64,000 bases of DNA, taken from contig NC_043002.1 in NCBI RefSeq assembly GCF_006345805.1, positions 68,014,001 to 68,078,000 on the forward strand, read 5' to 3'. Shown in pieces: positions 25,730-38,459 of the stretch (position 1 is the stretch's first letter; each line of letters opens with the position of its first letter). A model generated the notes under the pieces. The model saw nothing but the letters and a program-made list of their open reading frames with translations, was not told the origin of the DNA and searched no databases. Source of the stretch: Octopus sinensis (lineage: Eukaryota). A program made the position numbers and the translations under genes.

Positions 25730-26527
25730 CTGAGGTATTGTGGTCATGTGGTGAGAATGGATGATGATAGCTATATGAAAAAGTGCCACATCCTAGCGGT
25801 TGAGGGAACCTGTGGAAAAGGTAGCCCAGGAAGACCTAGGATGAGGTGGTGAAGCATGATATTTGGACATTAGGCCTCACCAAGGCAATGACTAGTGACC
25901 GAGACCTTTGGAAATATGCTGTGCTTGAGAAGACCTGGGAAGCCAAGTGAGACCATAACCTTGTGGCCTATGCCAGGGATGTGACCAGCCCACTTATGCA
26001 TACCTTTCCTTCATTGGACACTAAACTCTGCTTGCAAAGACCTGTTGAGGCAAGTGAAATCGAAATCAAATTCGATGACTGGCATCCATGCTAGTGGATT
26101 TCTAAGAGCACCATCTGAGCATGATCGCTGCCAGAGCAGCTGACTGGCTTCCTTGCAGGTGGTATGTAAAAAGCACCATTTGAGTGTGAGTGTTACCAGC
26201 GTTGCCTTACTGGCACTTGTGCCGGTGGCACGTGAAAAAACATTCAAGCGAGGTTGTTGCCTGTGCCACTGGACTGGCTCCTGTGCAAGTGGCACATAAA
26301 AAACACCATTTGAGCATGGCCATTGCCAGTACTGCCTGACTGGCGCTCGTGCCAGTGGTACATAAAAGCACCCACTACACTCTTGGAGTGGTTGGCATTA
26401 GGAAGGGCATCTAGCTGTAGAAACTCTGCCAGATCAGATTGGAGCCTGGTGCAGCCATCTGGTTCACCAGTCCTCAGTCAAATTGTCCAACACATGCTAG
26501 ACGTTAAACGATGATGATGATGATGAT
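25730..26527 (+). mobile_element. RTE-clade LINE 3' end (ORF C-terminus plus 3'UTR)
   Basis: Translates RYCGHVVRMDDDSYMKKCHILAVEGTCGKG..GRPR.RW (RTE GHV.RM / EG..GRPR..W motif); followed by tandem 3'UTR units and a (gat)n tail. Confidence 0.8.
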
Positions 26528-26789
26528 TTAGTCAACTGAGAATACAAGGATACCTTCTGAATGGACAACTAGTTTGTTATAGGTTTAACTCCAAGACAGA
26601 GCAACTGATGCTTGTTTTCAGTTGAATGGACTGGAATAATGTGAGATCATGTGTTTTGCTCAAAACAACAACATTCTGAAAATTGAACTCATGAACTAAC
26701 ACACCTGAGCACAACAATTTAATTACTAAACCATACATCTTACCAGGATATGGAGTATCTAGTTTCAAAAGAAAGATGGACATGCTGTG

Positions 26790-27170
26790 CATGTATGCAT
26801 GTGTTTGTGCGTGTGTGTTGATGTGCATGTGTGTGTGTGTCTGTTTGTCTGTCAGTGTATGTGTGTGTCTGTCTATCTGTCTGTGTGCCTGCTGTCTGTC
26901 TGTCTTTCGGGTGCATGTGTGTGTGTTTGTGTGTCTGTCTGTGTGTCTGTCTGTGTATCTGTCTGTCGGTGTGCATATGTGTGTGTGTCTGTGTGTCTCT
27001 GTGTGTCCGTGTGTGTGTGTGTTTGTTTGTGTGTCTGTCTGTCTCTGTCATTGTGTGTGTGTGTGTGTGTCTGTGTACATGTGTGTGTCTGTGCATGTGT
27101 GAGTGTATGCATGCATGTGTGAGTGTGTAAGTGCATGTGTATATGTGTATGTGTGCATGTGTACATACTA
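26790..27170. repeat. Compound (GT)n/(CTGT)n microsatellite
   Basis: Directly visible; source of the CV/HT-rich ORFs. Confidence 0.95.
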
Positions 27171-28259
27171 GGAAGAAATCTTTGTTGATTCAAAGCTTCC
27201 CATTACATGCATTCTTGCATCAATTTCAAAGTTTATTGGATAAGCACTTGTCTAGGAAGTAAATAGCTTTACTCATTAAATAATTAGAATGAGTTAATAC
27301 TGCATATTTATCACCATCATCATTATCATAATCATCATCATTTAACATCTGTTTTCCATGCCAGCATGGGTTAAATGGTGTAACAAGATCTTGTAAACAG
27401 CAACCGTTTCTAGTTGGCTATGTGACACAAGTGTTGTGTGTCCTTAAGTTTTCAAACAGGTGAGATAAGCACCTCCATCCAACAAAGTCAGCAATCAGTG
27501 ACTAGTTTCAGGGTAATTACTCTTCATCAGTCTGGAGTAGCTTGATCTTGCTAGATGTCGCTGCTAAACTGTTCTTGAAAACTTGTAGAATATCAAGTGA
27601 ATATTTCAATTATTTTCTTTAATTTATTACCAAAAATCTTTTTTTTTAGAGTATGCTATGTTTGAACAAAATTACTTTCAAAGAATTTCTTGACTTTATA
27701 GGACAGTTAGAACAATTATTTATGCTATATACAAATATGGATTGGATATAAATACCACTTACCAAAAAATGTTTGATTGAATAATAGATGAAACTGAGTG
27801 TTTTCCCTCAAGATTTTCACACTGTACTGAGAACTGAGACAATTGTGTTGCCAATATACATCAAGACAGTAGGTGTAATATTTGAAAGACACCCCAGTCT
27901 TGATGGCTAACTAAAGATATCTCAGAAGAATACAGGTGTTGCAGAAATAAGATGGATTATCCTTCTGGTCTTAAAAAAGGACCACAAGTGCTAATAGGTT
28001 AAAGAAGGTAGTGATGGTATGCTAGGGCAAACTCCCAAGGTACAAGAATGTGAGTGTAAGAGAGGATTCAGACAGTGAGCCATGACAAGGGAGGAGGGAG
28101 TGGATAGTTTGATAAGAGTGTGAGAAGGGAGTAACAAATGGTTAAAGATGGGGGTTACAGGTAAAAGTAGAGAGTGTGCAAGCAACAGATGCACAAGGGA
28201 TTCACAGTGGACTCTACAACAAATTTCATGATAGATTGGAGGATTGACAGATCTTTTAT

Positions 28260-28690
28260 CGTTTGTCTTTTCCTTGTTTCAGTCATTGGATTCTGGCCAT
28301 GATGGGGCACCACTTTGAAGGGTTTTAGTCAAACCAGTCAACCCCAGTACTTAAAAATTTTTTTTTCCTTTTTTTTTAAAGTCTGGTACTTATTACATTG
28401 GTCCTTTTCACCAAACTGCTAAGTTTCAGGGATATTAACAAACCAACACAGGTTGTCAAGTGGTGATGGGACAGATACAAACATCACACACATACACACA
28501 CACATTCGATGGGCTTTCAGTTTCTTATTTCTTTATTGCACACAAGGGGCTAAACATAGAGGGTTGACTGTTTCTGTCAACCAAATCCACTCAAGGCTAT
28601 ATTCAAAGACACTTGCCCTAGGTGCCACACAGTGGGACTGAACCCAGAACCACATGGTTGAGAAGCAAACTTTTTAACACACAGCCATGC
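28260..28690 (-). mobile_element. Family B SINE (diverged)
   Basis: Reverse copy; includes a short family A tail piece near 28535-28565. Confidence 0.72.
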
Positions 28691-29247
28691 TTAAGCAAAA
28701 CTTTACAGTAAAATGGTTAGTAGTAGAGGCACCAATAAAACGAAGTCTATGAAATGCTCAGCTGATCCATTGATTCTATCCCTCACCTTTTTTTTAACAA
28801 CAGATTTTGACCTAGGGGTCAAAGGTCAATGTTTATATAAAGGTCAATGTTTATATATTAAAAACTGAGTCTCAAGCAATTGTTTTGCAAAAGCAGACCA
28901 TGAACCAATTTAATGTCAATCTACACAAATTTGGAAGAACCTACAAAGGCCATAATTACATCACCCCCACCTCCTCCACCTCCACAACATCCACTTCCTC
29001 CTCATTTTCCGTCATCAACAAAATTTAATTTAGATGAGAAGATGGGTTACACAAATTATGGGACTGTTGCTGCTGCTGTGGTGGTGGTGGTGGTGGTGAT
29101 GATGATGATGATGAGGAGGAGGAGGAGGACAATGAGGAAGACAATAATTTGGATAACAAGTTCCCAAGTACTGAAATAATTTTCCTATTCTTTAAAAATT
29201 GAATTCTAAAAATATTGATTTACTGATATCAATAAATTGAATGCAAG

Positions 29248-29291
<44 letters not shown>

Positions 29292-30175
29292 AAAACATGT
29301 AATAACAAGCATTACTCCTATCAGGAAGTAACAGATGCGAAATAAAACAGATCTAAACAACTCGCAAGCACTGCAATATTGGTATTTCATTTTTTTACCT
29401 TTAATCAATATTTCAAGAGCAAACTAGATCGACCCACTCCTATCATGTTCACCACTCACTGCATCCCCTTCCATCCCTGTCTCTATCCATCAGACACCCA
29501 CCTCTCGCACTCCCACGAACTTACTTAACCCACCCAACCATACCAATTCTCTTGTATTCGCTTTCCTGTTACTTAAGGGTACATCCAGAGACATCTTCAC
29601 CACATTCTTCTTCCTTTTCCAACTGGGGTAACCATGTATCACCTTTACACCCTCTACCATACTTTAGCCCAGAGGTCCTCAAACATTTTAGGCCACCACC
29701 ACCCTCATGGGCACATAATACCCTCAGTGCCCCACCCCTATTTTTATGCATAAATAAATATTTTATATTTTACTAATTTGTATATTCTATGAATCATCTG
29801 ATATTTAATATAATATTATATAATTTGTTTACAATAAAGGCATAGGAGTAGCTGTGTGGTAAGTAGCTTGCTAACAAACCACATGGTTCCGGATTCAGTC
29901 CTACTGTGTGACACCTTGGGCAAGTGTCTTCTACTATTGCCTCAGGCTGACCAAAGCCATGTGAGTGGATTTGGTAGATGGAAACTGAAAGAAGCCCATC
30001 ATATATATATATGTGTGTGTGTGAGTCTGTGTGTCCATGTTTGTCACCCCACCATCCGAATGACTGAAACAAGTAAAAGAGTAAAAGGAGAAAGGTCTGT
30101 GGTATACACAGCCACATACATAGAAATAGATGGGAATATTCTCTGGTGAAATCAATGGAGGATTAGTTTATATTA

Positions 30176-30570
30176 CATCATCATCATCATCGTTTAACGT
30201 CCATTTTCCATGTTAGCATGGGTTGGACGGTTCAACTGGGGTCTGGGAAGCCAGGAGGCTGCACCAGGCTCCAATCTGATCGGACAGTGTTTCTACAGCT
30301 GGATGCCCTTCCTAATATTAACCACTCCAAGAGTGTAGTGGGTGCTTTTACATGCCACCGGCATAGGCCAGAGGAGGCTGGCAATGACCACAATCAGTTG
30401 GTGCTTTTTACATGCCACCGGCACAGAAACGAGTCAAAGCAGCACTGGCATCTGCCACATTTGGATGGTGCTTTTTACATGCCACCAGCACGGGGATCAC
30501 AACTGCAATTTCCATTTGATTTTGATTTTGATGTTGATGCACCTGACACAATAGGTCTCCTTATGCACGG
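30176..30570 (-). mobile_element. RTE 3'UTR fragment (family C)
   Basis: (cat)n tail, three ggtgctttttacatgccacc units. Confidence 0.8.
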
Positions 30571-30647
30571 TGGTGAAATTTTTAATGTTTTTCCTACAAT
30601 GCTCGGAACACTAAATAACTGTTATCATGTGGACATACATATATAGA

Positions 30648-30706
<59 letters not shown>

Positions 30707-31024
30707 ATGTATAATAAATGGTAGACTGACCATGTTGCCAGCTTACCTGATGGCAAGTGTGCCCCTGCACCATTAGAATCCATATATGGGGGCCCATATT
30801 AGTATCTAAGGGGCCTATCCCCTCAAGTTTGAGATTTTTTCATTCACTCCTGGAAGAATGCATTATTTCAGCCTGGATGTGTTTGTAGACAGTTGAAAAG
30901 AATACATTTAACAAAAAAAAATTAAATGATAGCATTGTATTTGTAGGTGGGTCCCTTGTAGTTGCTGGTGGGCAACTTAGTCTCCTAGCAACCAATATTT
31001 AAAACCCAGTCCACCACTGTATAC

Positions 31025-31025
<1 letters not shown>

Positions 31026-31063
<38 letters not shown>

Positions 31064-31710
31064 CATTGTGTACAGTGCTCAGGTGCACTACAACTCATCT
31101 AAAGTGTATGTATAATCAGGTATAGTTTCGGCGGATTTCAGAAAGCATGAGGGCCTTAAAGGATGCAGTGTCATGGCAGTCAACAACTGATGCAGGCAGT
31201 TTGTTCCATGCTTCAGCAACTCTGAGCATGAAAAAATGTTTCCGAAAGTCATGGGAGCTGTGTTCTTTTCTGACTTTGTAGGCATGTCCATGTGTGTTGG
31301 ACACATGGAGATCAAAAAGGTGTTCAGTGTTGTTGTTGGTGAGGTGGTTGATAACTTTGCGGGTGTTTACCAAGTCCATCGCCAGATGCCGGAGCTTCAG
31401 TGAATCCATGCCCAGGGAAACAAGGCGCTCAGAGTATGGTAGGTGTCTGATGGAGGGTATGCGTTTGCTTGCACGTCTCTGAACAGATTCCAGGAGGTCA
31501 ATGTTCTGAGCAAGATAGGGGTTCCAAACTGATGATGCGAATTCCAAGTGTGGTTGTACCATAGCTGTATACAGCTTTAAATAGATGGCTGGAGAGCGGC
31601 TAACAAAAGTCTTGCTGAGTGATGCCAAGACACCCTCGGCCTTCTTGACAATTTTAGAGATATGCTTTGTAAAACGCAAATCACTGCTGACAGTGATGCC
31701 TAGATATATA
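31026..31710 (-). mobile_element. CR1-clade LINE 3' end
   Basis: Open frame YLGITVSSDLRFTKH...LYTAMVQPHLEFASSVWNPY...LESVQRRA...RVAEAWNKLPASVV (CR1/L2 RT C-terminus); short 3'UTR and (tta)n tail. Confidence 0.88.
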
Positions 31711-32532
31711 TATTCTTTATTTGTGAATTAAGGCTACCATTGGTTTCATGTTAAGAAGTTCTCTTATCTGAATATATTAAATCACAGTTTACCATTTAAA
31801 TTACCAACTACTGTTAACCTTATAGCAAGGACTATGCATAGGTAGGTAATACACAAATAATGCCTATGGATATATTTATCCCTTAGATGGTTGCTTAACC
31901 TCTAACTCATAATTTATATATATATGTATATATATATATATGTATGTATATATGTATATATATGTGTGTGTGTGTGTGCATACATACACACACACATATA
32001 AATCATACATATATATGTATATATATATATATATAACCCATGCTAGCGCGGAAAACGGACGTTAAACGATGATGATGATGATGATGATGATATATATATA
32101 TACATATATATTATGTGTATATTGACAAAAACACACATGTATACATATACACATACGTACACACATTTATATATATATATATGAATATATTTATATATAT
32201 AAATATATAAATACATGCATACATATATAAGGAATGTATGTATTATAGTGGTATGTGAGGATATTTTGAATCATGTAACAGTTAAACCATATATATATAT
32301 ATATATATGTCATTACAATTAAGGGTACTGAAGAGGCACAACCATGCCAATATATCTGTATGTATGTATGTATGTATGTATGTATGTATGTATGTATGTA
32401 TGTATGTATGTATGTATGTATGTAGTATGTATGTATGCATGTATGTATGTATGCATGCATGTTTGTGTGTGTGTATGTATATGAAAAGAGACAGACAGAG
32501 ACAGAGAGATGCACTACATACAAAGAAACATA

Positions 32533-32768
32533 CAGGGTGACCTAAAAGTAGGCTTCCAGTTATTCAACTATCTCTGTCGCATTCATATATTAACAGTTTA
32601 GATCTTAATTATAAAAAAAATATGAAACCATTATTCTGTGCTAATTTAGTTTATTTTGTCAGGCTCCCTTTTCAATTTGTAAGTTAGAAATTTAAATGTA
32701 ATAAAATGTTTTAAAAGAAATTTAAAGTGCCTACATGATAACTGTAAACCTACTTTTGGGCCACCCTG
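32533..32768. mobile_element. MITE derived from the DD41D element family
   Basis: TA|cagggtgacctaaaagtagg ... cctacttttgggccaccctg|TA; subterminal sequence matches 37876-38388. Confidence 0.8.
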
Positions 32769-33000
32769 TAATAAATAACCCAACTCAGCATTCATCGCCT
32801 TGTGTACTCTACCTGAGAAGCAAATAGTTTTCTCTGTCACTGAGAAAATGACATGTTTTAAACCTGTAGCATCTCATGTTAACTTCTAAGGAATGCCTAG
32901 CGTTATGTTATTCGTAATATGTTCTACGTTATTTCTACTAAATAAAATTGAATACTGACAAAATTTATAGGTAAGAAAACAGAAGAAAGCAAAAACTTAC

Positions 33001-33141
33001 ATTAAATTCATCAACAGGTATTAATGGAGAATTTTGTCTAAGTCACATTAGTCTTAGTTAAGTTTGTTGAGTAGGTGGTAAACAACTTGAATAATTTGAC
33101 GCTACTGTTCTATATTCAGTATGATAAATTTGTTACAGTGA
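33001..33141 (-). other. Candidate 5'UTR (non-coding) exon of the SLC46 gene
   Basis: Unique sequence bounded by gttttctttatttgcag| and |gtaagtttt on the gene strand, with stops in all three frames. The first coding exon begins at an acceptor, so upstream UTR exon(s) must exist. Confidence 0.4.
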
Positions 33142-33519
33142 CTGCAAATAAAGAAAACATGGTCTAGTTGGTTTACCTTCCCAGCTTTGTGTGAACATAG
33201 TTTCAACATGTACATATAAGTATTGGATCAGGACAATGCGTAGAAAAAAAGAACAAAATTAAAAGGAAAAGGGAAGATGAGATTAAGCATTTGTGTAATG
33301 TATGTTTTTTTTTATATATTTATTGAATACAGCATTTCTTACCTATATAGGCACAGGCATGGCTGTGTGGTTGTGTGGTTAAGAAACTTACTTCCCAGCC
33401 ATATGGTTTTGAGTTTAATTCCACAGGATGGCACATTGGGCGAGTGTCTTCTGCTATAGCCCTGGGTTGACCAAGGCTTGCAAGTAGATTTGGTAGACAG
33501 AAACTGAAAAGAAGCCCAT

Positions 33520-33574
33520 TCATCATTATCATCATCAACATCATCTTCATCATCATCATCATCATCATCATCAA

Positions 33575-33633
<59 letters not shown>

Positions 33634-34110
33634 CCATCACCATCATCATCATTTAACGTCTGCTTTCCATGCAGTCAGGGGTTGGACGGTTTGACTGAAA
33701 ACTGGTAAACCAGGGGCTGCACCAGGCTCCAATCAGATCTGGCAAGGTTTCTACAACTGCATGCCCTTCTTAATGCCAACCACTCTGAAAGGGTAGTGGG
33801 TGCTTTTTATGTGCCACTGGCATGGGAGCCAGTCAAGCAACACTGGCATCGACCATACTCAAATGGCTTTTTATGTGCCACCAGCACTGGAGCCAGCCGG
33901 GCGGCACTGGCAACTATCATGCTCAGATGGTGCTTTTTACATGCCACCGGCACAGGAGCCAGTCAGGTATTACTGGCATCGACCACACTTGTATGGTGCT
34001 TTTTACGTGCCACTAGCACGGGAGCCAGTCAGGCGGTACTGGCATCGGCCATGACAACGATTTCACTTGGCTCAACAGGTCTTCTCAAACATAGTATATT
34101 GCCCATCTCT
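33520..34110 (-). mobile_element. RTE 3'UTR fragment with four ~65-bp tandem units and an expanded (cat)n tail
   Basis: Inserted after the left half of a family B SINE (33350-33520). Confidence 0.8.
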
Positions 34111-34488
34111 GGCATAGGCCACAGATATATATGACACCTTGGGCAAGTTTCTTCTGCTAAAACCTCAGACTGACCAAAGCCCTGTGAATAGATTTAGTAG
34201 ATGGAAACTCAAAGTCCATTGCATTGGCATTATGTCATGCTTGAAAAGAAGACCCATCAAGCTGAGCAAAATTACAGTCATGGAAGATACTGGTGTCACG
34301 CAAATGGCACCTGTGCCAGTGGCACATAAAAGCACCCATTACACTCTCAGAGTGGTTGGCATTAGGAAAGACACCCAGCTATAGAAAACCATACCAAATC
34401 AGACTGGAATTTGGTGCAGCCTTCCAGCATGCCAGCCCGGTCAAACTGTGCAACCCATACCAACATGGACAATGGACGTTAAAGGATG

Positions 34489-34547
<59 letters not shown>

Positions 34548-34648
34548 TCACAATAAGGGTGAAAAAATTGAATATTAATTAATAACATCAATTTAAAATG
34601 CCAAATGGCCTAGCGTATAAAAAGATTGAGATACAGTAAAAATTATTA

Positions 34649-35068
34649 ATACAAATAATAAGAGAGAGTCCACATGTGGTCACTCTAACGCTAGATATAG
34701 ATCCGCAAAGGGAATCCACCACTAAAGAATTGTTCTCAAGAATTAATTCAACACGCCAAGAATGTAAGCGAGCAGGACAAATGAAAAATAACAAAAAAAT
34801 AGATTAACTCTATACAATTGTTTCATCGTTTAATCTATTAACGACGATTTGAAAATGATTATGTAAGTAAAATTACACAATCTATTAACGATGAAACAAT
34901 TGTATAGATTTAATCTATTTTTTTGTTATTTTTCATTTGTCCTGCTCGCTTACATTCTTGGCGTGTTGAATTAATTCTTGAGAACAATTCTTTAGTGGTG
35001 GATTCCCTTTGCGGATCTATATCTAGCATTAGAGTGACCACATGTGGACTCTCTCTTATTATTTGTAT
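34649..35068. repeat. Near-perfect long inverted repeat (arms ~185 bp, spacer ~49 bp)
   Basis: 34649-34834 is the reverse complement of 34884-35068 with only about 3 differences; the track shows the same peptide on both strands. Confidence 0.93.
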
Positions 35069-35106
35069 ATATATATATATAATCATCATTTATGTATATA
35101 TATATA

Positions 35107-35947
35107 CAGGGTGCGGGGAATAAACTGTCGTCTAAATTCCACAAAAATGAAAATAACACTGACATCTCATTTTAACAGATATATTTAACAAAATTACATT
35201 AAAACATCCTGAAATACTAAAGAGTAAATTTATTCAATAAAATTGCCATTGGCTTCAACCATAGCTGCCAGATGACTTTGGAATCTCTTGCAACACTTCT
35301 GAACAGTCTCTGCCATAATTCTTGCCTTCAGTTATCTTTGGTGTTACAAGGAGTTTTGTTGGTCTCGCATACAACTGTGCCCCACAAATAATAATGAAGA
35401 AAATTGCAGTCTGGGGAATTAGGTGGCCTGATGTTAAGGGTGATGTGGTCACAGAAATTGTTTGACAGCCATGACTGGATTCTCTTGCTTGTGTGGCATG
35501 ATGCAGAGTCCTGTTGCCAAACATAGGGTCTTCCAGCAGCCACCCTTTTGACCCAGGGCAGCACTAGCTCCTCCAGGCACTTGATGTATACCTCCATGTT
35601 GAGTCTGAGGCCATGTGGGAAGAGGAATGGCGGTATGATGTCACCATCACTAGTAATCACGCTAAACACCATGATGTTGACTGGATGTTTGATTTTTATC
35701 ACTCTCGGTACATGTTTTCAGATTTCACTGTTCTCAGATTGACACCCAAACACTGATAAATGTTTGCATTGGCACATCCAGCGTGAATGCCAAGCAGTAC
35801 AAGTCATTTCCAAATTTCTTGCAGAGAGAATTGTGTCCTGGTGCTGTTTTTCTCTCAGACCATGCTCAACTGACCCTAGTATACTGTGTAGTATGCATGT
35901 GTGAAATTAAAAATATAAAATCACAACAATTTATCAATCACACCCTG
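35107..35947 (-). mobile_element. Internally deleted Tc1/mariner element, DD37D (maT-type) transposase remnant
   Basis: VWQQDSASCH...RPPNSPDCNFLHYYLWG with 37 residues between the QQD Asp and the final Asp position (here His); TA|cagggtgcgggg TIR and a decayed partner ending caccctg at 35947. Confidence 0.82.
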
Positions 35948-36152
35948 TGTGTGTATGCATATATATATTCCCAACCACATGGTTCTGGGTTCAGTCCCAC
36001 TGCGTTGCACCTTCAGCAAGTGTCCCCTACTATAGCCTCGGGCTATGGATTTGTGAGTGGATTTAGTTGACAGAAGCTGAAAGAAACCCGTTAGATATGT
36101 ATGTATATATGTGTATATATATATATATGTATATATATATGTATGTATATAG

Positions 36153-36184
<32 letters not shown>

Positions 36185-36652
36185 CTGGAGTAAACACATA
36201 AATGTGAAACAAGGTGGAAAAAAGAGTACTCAAATACCAGTGGTAGAGTGTATGTTGATATATATACATGTATACTTTAACATGAATATGTATTGCAGTG
36301 TAATATTTTTGATGCATTTTAATTTCCATGTATTAATTATATTTCCTTCATTAAGGTCAATATGTATTTTATTCAATGTAATGTTTTTCCTCGAATTTTA
36401 TAATTTTTATAATTTTTTACATATATACATATATATATTTTTGAGCTCATTTTTGTTTATTGCTCGAAGATTGACCGTTATTTCTAAAGGGCCAATCAAA
36501 CAAGTCCATTTTTTTTAAAGGTGTAGCGTTTGTAATAGTTTGGATAGAATTGACATATCGGTTCCATTCTAGCAAAAACTGTCCGATGAACGGCAACAGC
36601 AAACTCAGAGTAACAGGTTTTGTTGAATTTTCTGCTGCTTTAAATAAAGTAT

Positions 36653-36705
<53 letters not shown>

Positions 36706-36888
36706 CATATATATACATATATATATATACATATATATATACAGATATATATATATATATAATATATATATGTATGTATAGTATACATATATATTATATA
36801 TGTATGTATATATAGTATGTTATATGTATGATTATATTATATATTATATATATATATATACATATATAATATATATATATATATATAT

Positions 36889-36930
<42 letters not shown>

Positions 36931-37875
36931 TATATACACACACATATATGTATATGTATTTGTGTGTCTGTATTTGTCTCCCCACCATCACTTGACAATT
37001 AATGTTGGTGTATTTACATCTCCGTAACTTAGCAGTTCAGCAAAATACACCAATCGAATAAGTACTAAGCTTACAAAGAATAAGTCCTAATTTACTGTGA
37101 TCCTCAGTGTGATCTTGTTGAGCTATACTTTGTTGATCAGTAAATAGAAAAGTTAAGATAATGATTTAGCCAACAACACTCTGTTCTGCTCTACTTCATG
37201 TTGATGTACAGTTTTCAGTTGACTTAACACTTAGGTTTTGTGGTTTGCATTTACTCCATAATCTAAGCACTTCACATATTTTGTGAGCCAGTTTGTCCTT
37301 TTTATTTTCTATCTTTTCTTTTTTTCTTTTCTTTGTAGTTTTGCTATGTTTAGTTTACACAAATGAAAGTGTTTGTAGGCGTGAACATTATTTTTACGCA
37401 GGTAACATAAAGGTTGTCAACTATCAATCTCATAAGTACGCCAAGGCAAATCTACAACGTTAAGTAAATTTGAATAGGTACAGGCGTGGTGTGGGGTTGG
37501 GAAGCTTGCTTCTCAATCATCTGGTCTTGAGTTCACATTGGGCAAGTATCTTCTACTATAGCTTTGAGCCAACCAAAGCCTTATGAATGGATTTACTAAA
37601 AGAAGCCCATAATATATATATATATGTTTGAGCGAGGGCGTTGCCAGTGCCGCTGGACTGGCTCCTGTGCAGGTGACACGTAAAAACACCATTTGAGCGT
37701 GGCCATTGCCAGTACATCCTGACTGGCCCTCATGCCAGTGGCACGTAAAAGCACCCACTACACTCTTAGAGTGGTTGGCGTTAGGAAGGGCATCAAGCTG
37801 TAGAAACTCTGCCAGATCAGATTGGAGCCAACATGGAAAGCAGACGTTAAACAATGATGATGATGATGATGTGTA

Positions 37876-38386
37876 CAGGGTGGCCCAAATGTAGGTTTAC
37901 AGTTATCATGTAGGCACTTTAAATTTCTTTTAAAAACATTTTATTACAATTATATTGTTTATGCATACCTTAAACAGACAAATTTTAATTTCTCAGATGC
38001 TCAAAATGTCCTCCTTCAACATTGCCTCATTCTTCAAACCTCTTCAGAACACTCTGACACACAATGCAGCACAAATTCCGATCTCCATCAATTTCGGTGA
38101 ATGCGTCAGAAATATTTACTGTTTTGAAATTCTTCTCATAAACCTTGTTTTTTACAACACCCCAAAACAAGAAATCCATTGGTGTCAGGTCAGGTGAGTG
38201 TGGTAGCCATTCGATGCTGCCCTGTCTTCCAAACCAATGTTGTGGAAAGGCTTGGTTAAGGTAGTGTCTTACTGTCAACGGATAATGTGGAGGTGCTCCA
38301 TCTTGCTGAAAGAACAGTTCTAAACTGTTAATATATGAATGCGAAAGAAATAGTTGAATAACTGTAAACCTACTTTTGGGCCACCC

Positions 38387-38388
<2 letters not shown>
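37876..38388 (-). mobile_element. Internally deleted Tc1/mariner element, DD41D (rosa-type) transposase remnant
   Basis: FFQQDGAPPHY...WLPHSPDLTPMDFLFWG with 41-residue D-D spacing; ~30-bp TIRs cagggtggcccaaatgtaggtttacagttat / ataactgtaaacctacttttgggccaccctg. Confidence 0.88.

Positions 38389-38459
<71 letters not shown>

Noticed and set aside
27990-29720. C-rich degenerate stretches (also 3890-4080, 18200-18600, 23400-23800) as genes
   Set aside because: They are stop- and frameshift-ridden and look like old LINE/Penelope remnants; too decayed to classify by eye.
33790-34075. Regularly spaced ~65-bp repeats resembling a CRISPR array
   Set aside because: The spacers are homologous to each other, the units belong to the RTE 3'UTR, the DNA is eukaryotic, and there are no cas genes.
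5430-37405. Scattered plus-strand donor-like sites (5434, 10729, 32971, 37401) suggesting an antisense or host gene
   Set aside because: There are no linked ORFs or consistent acceptors; such motifs are expected by chance in AT-rich DNA. RNA-seq would be needed.
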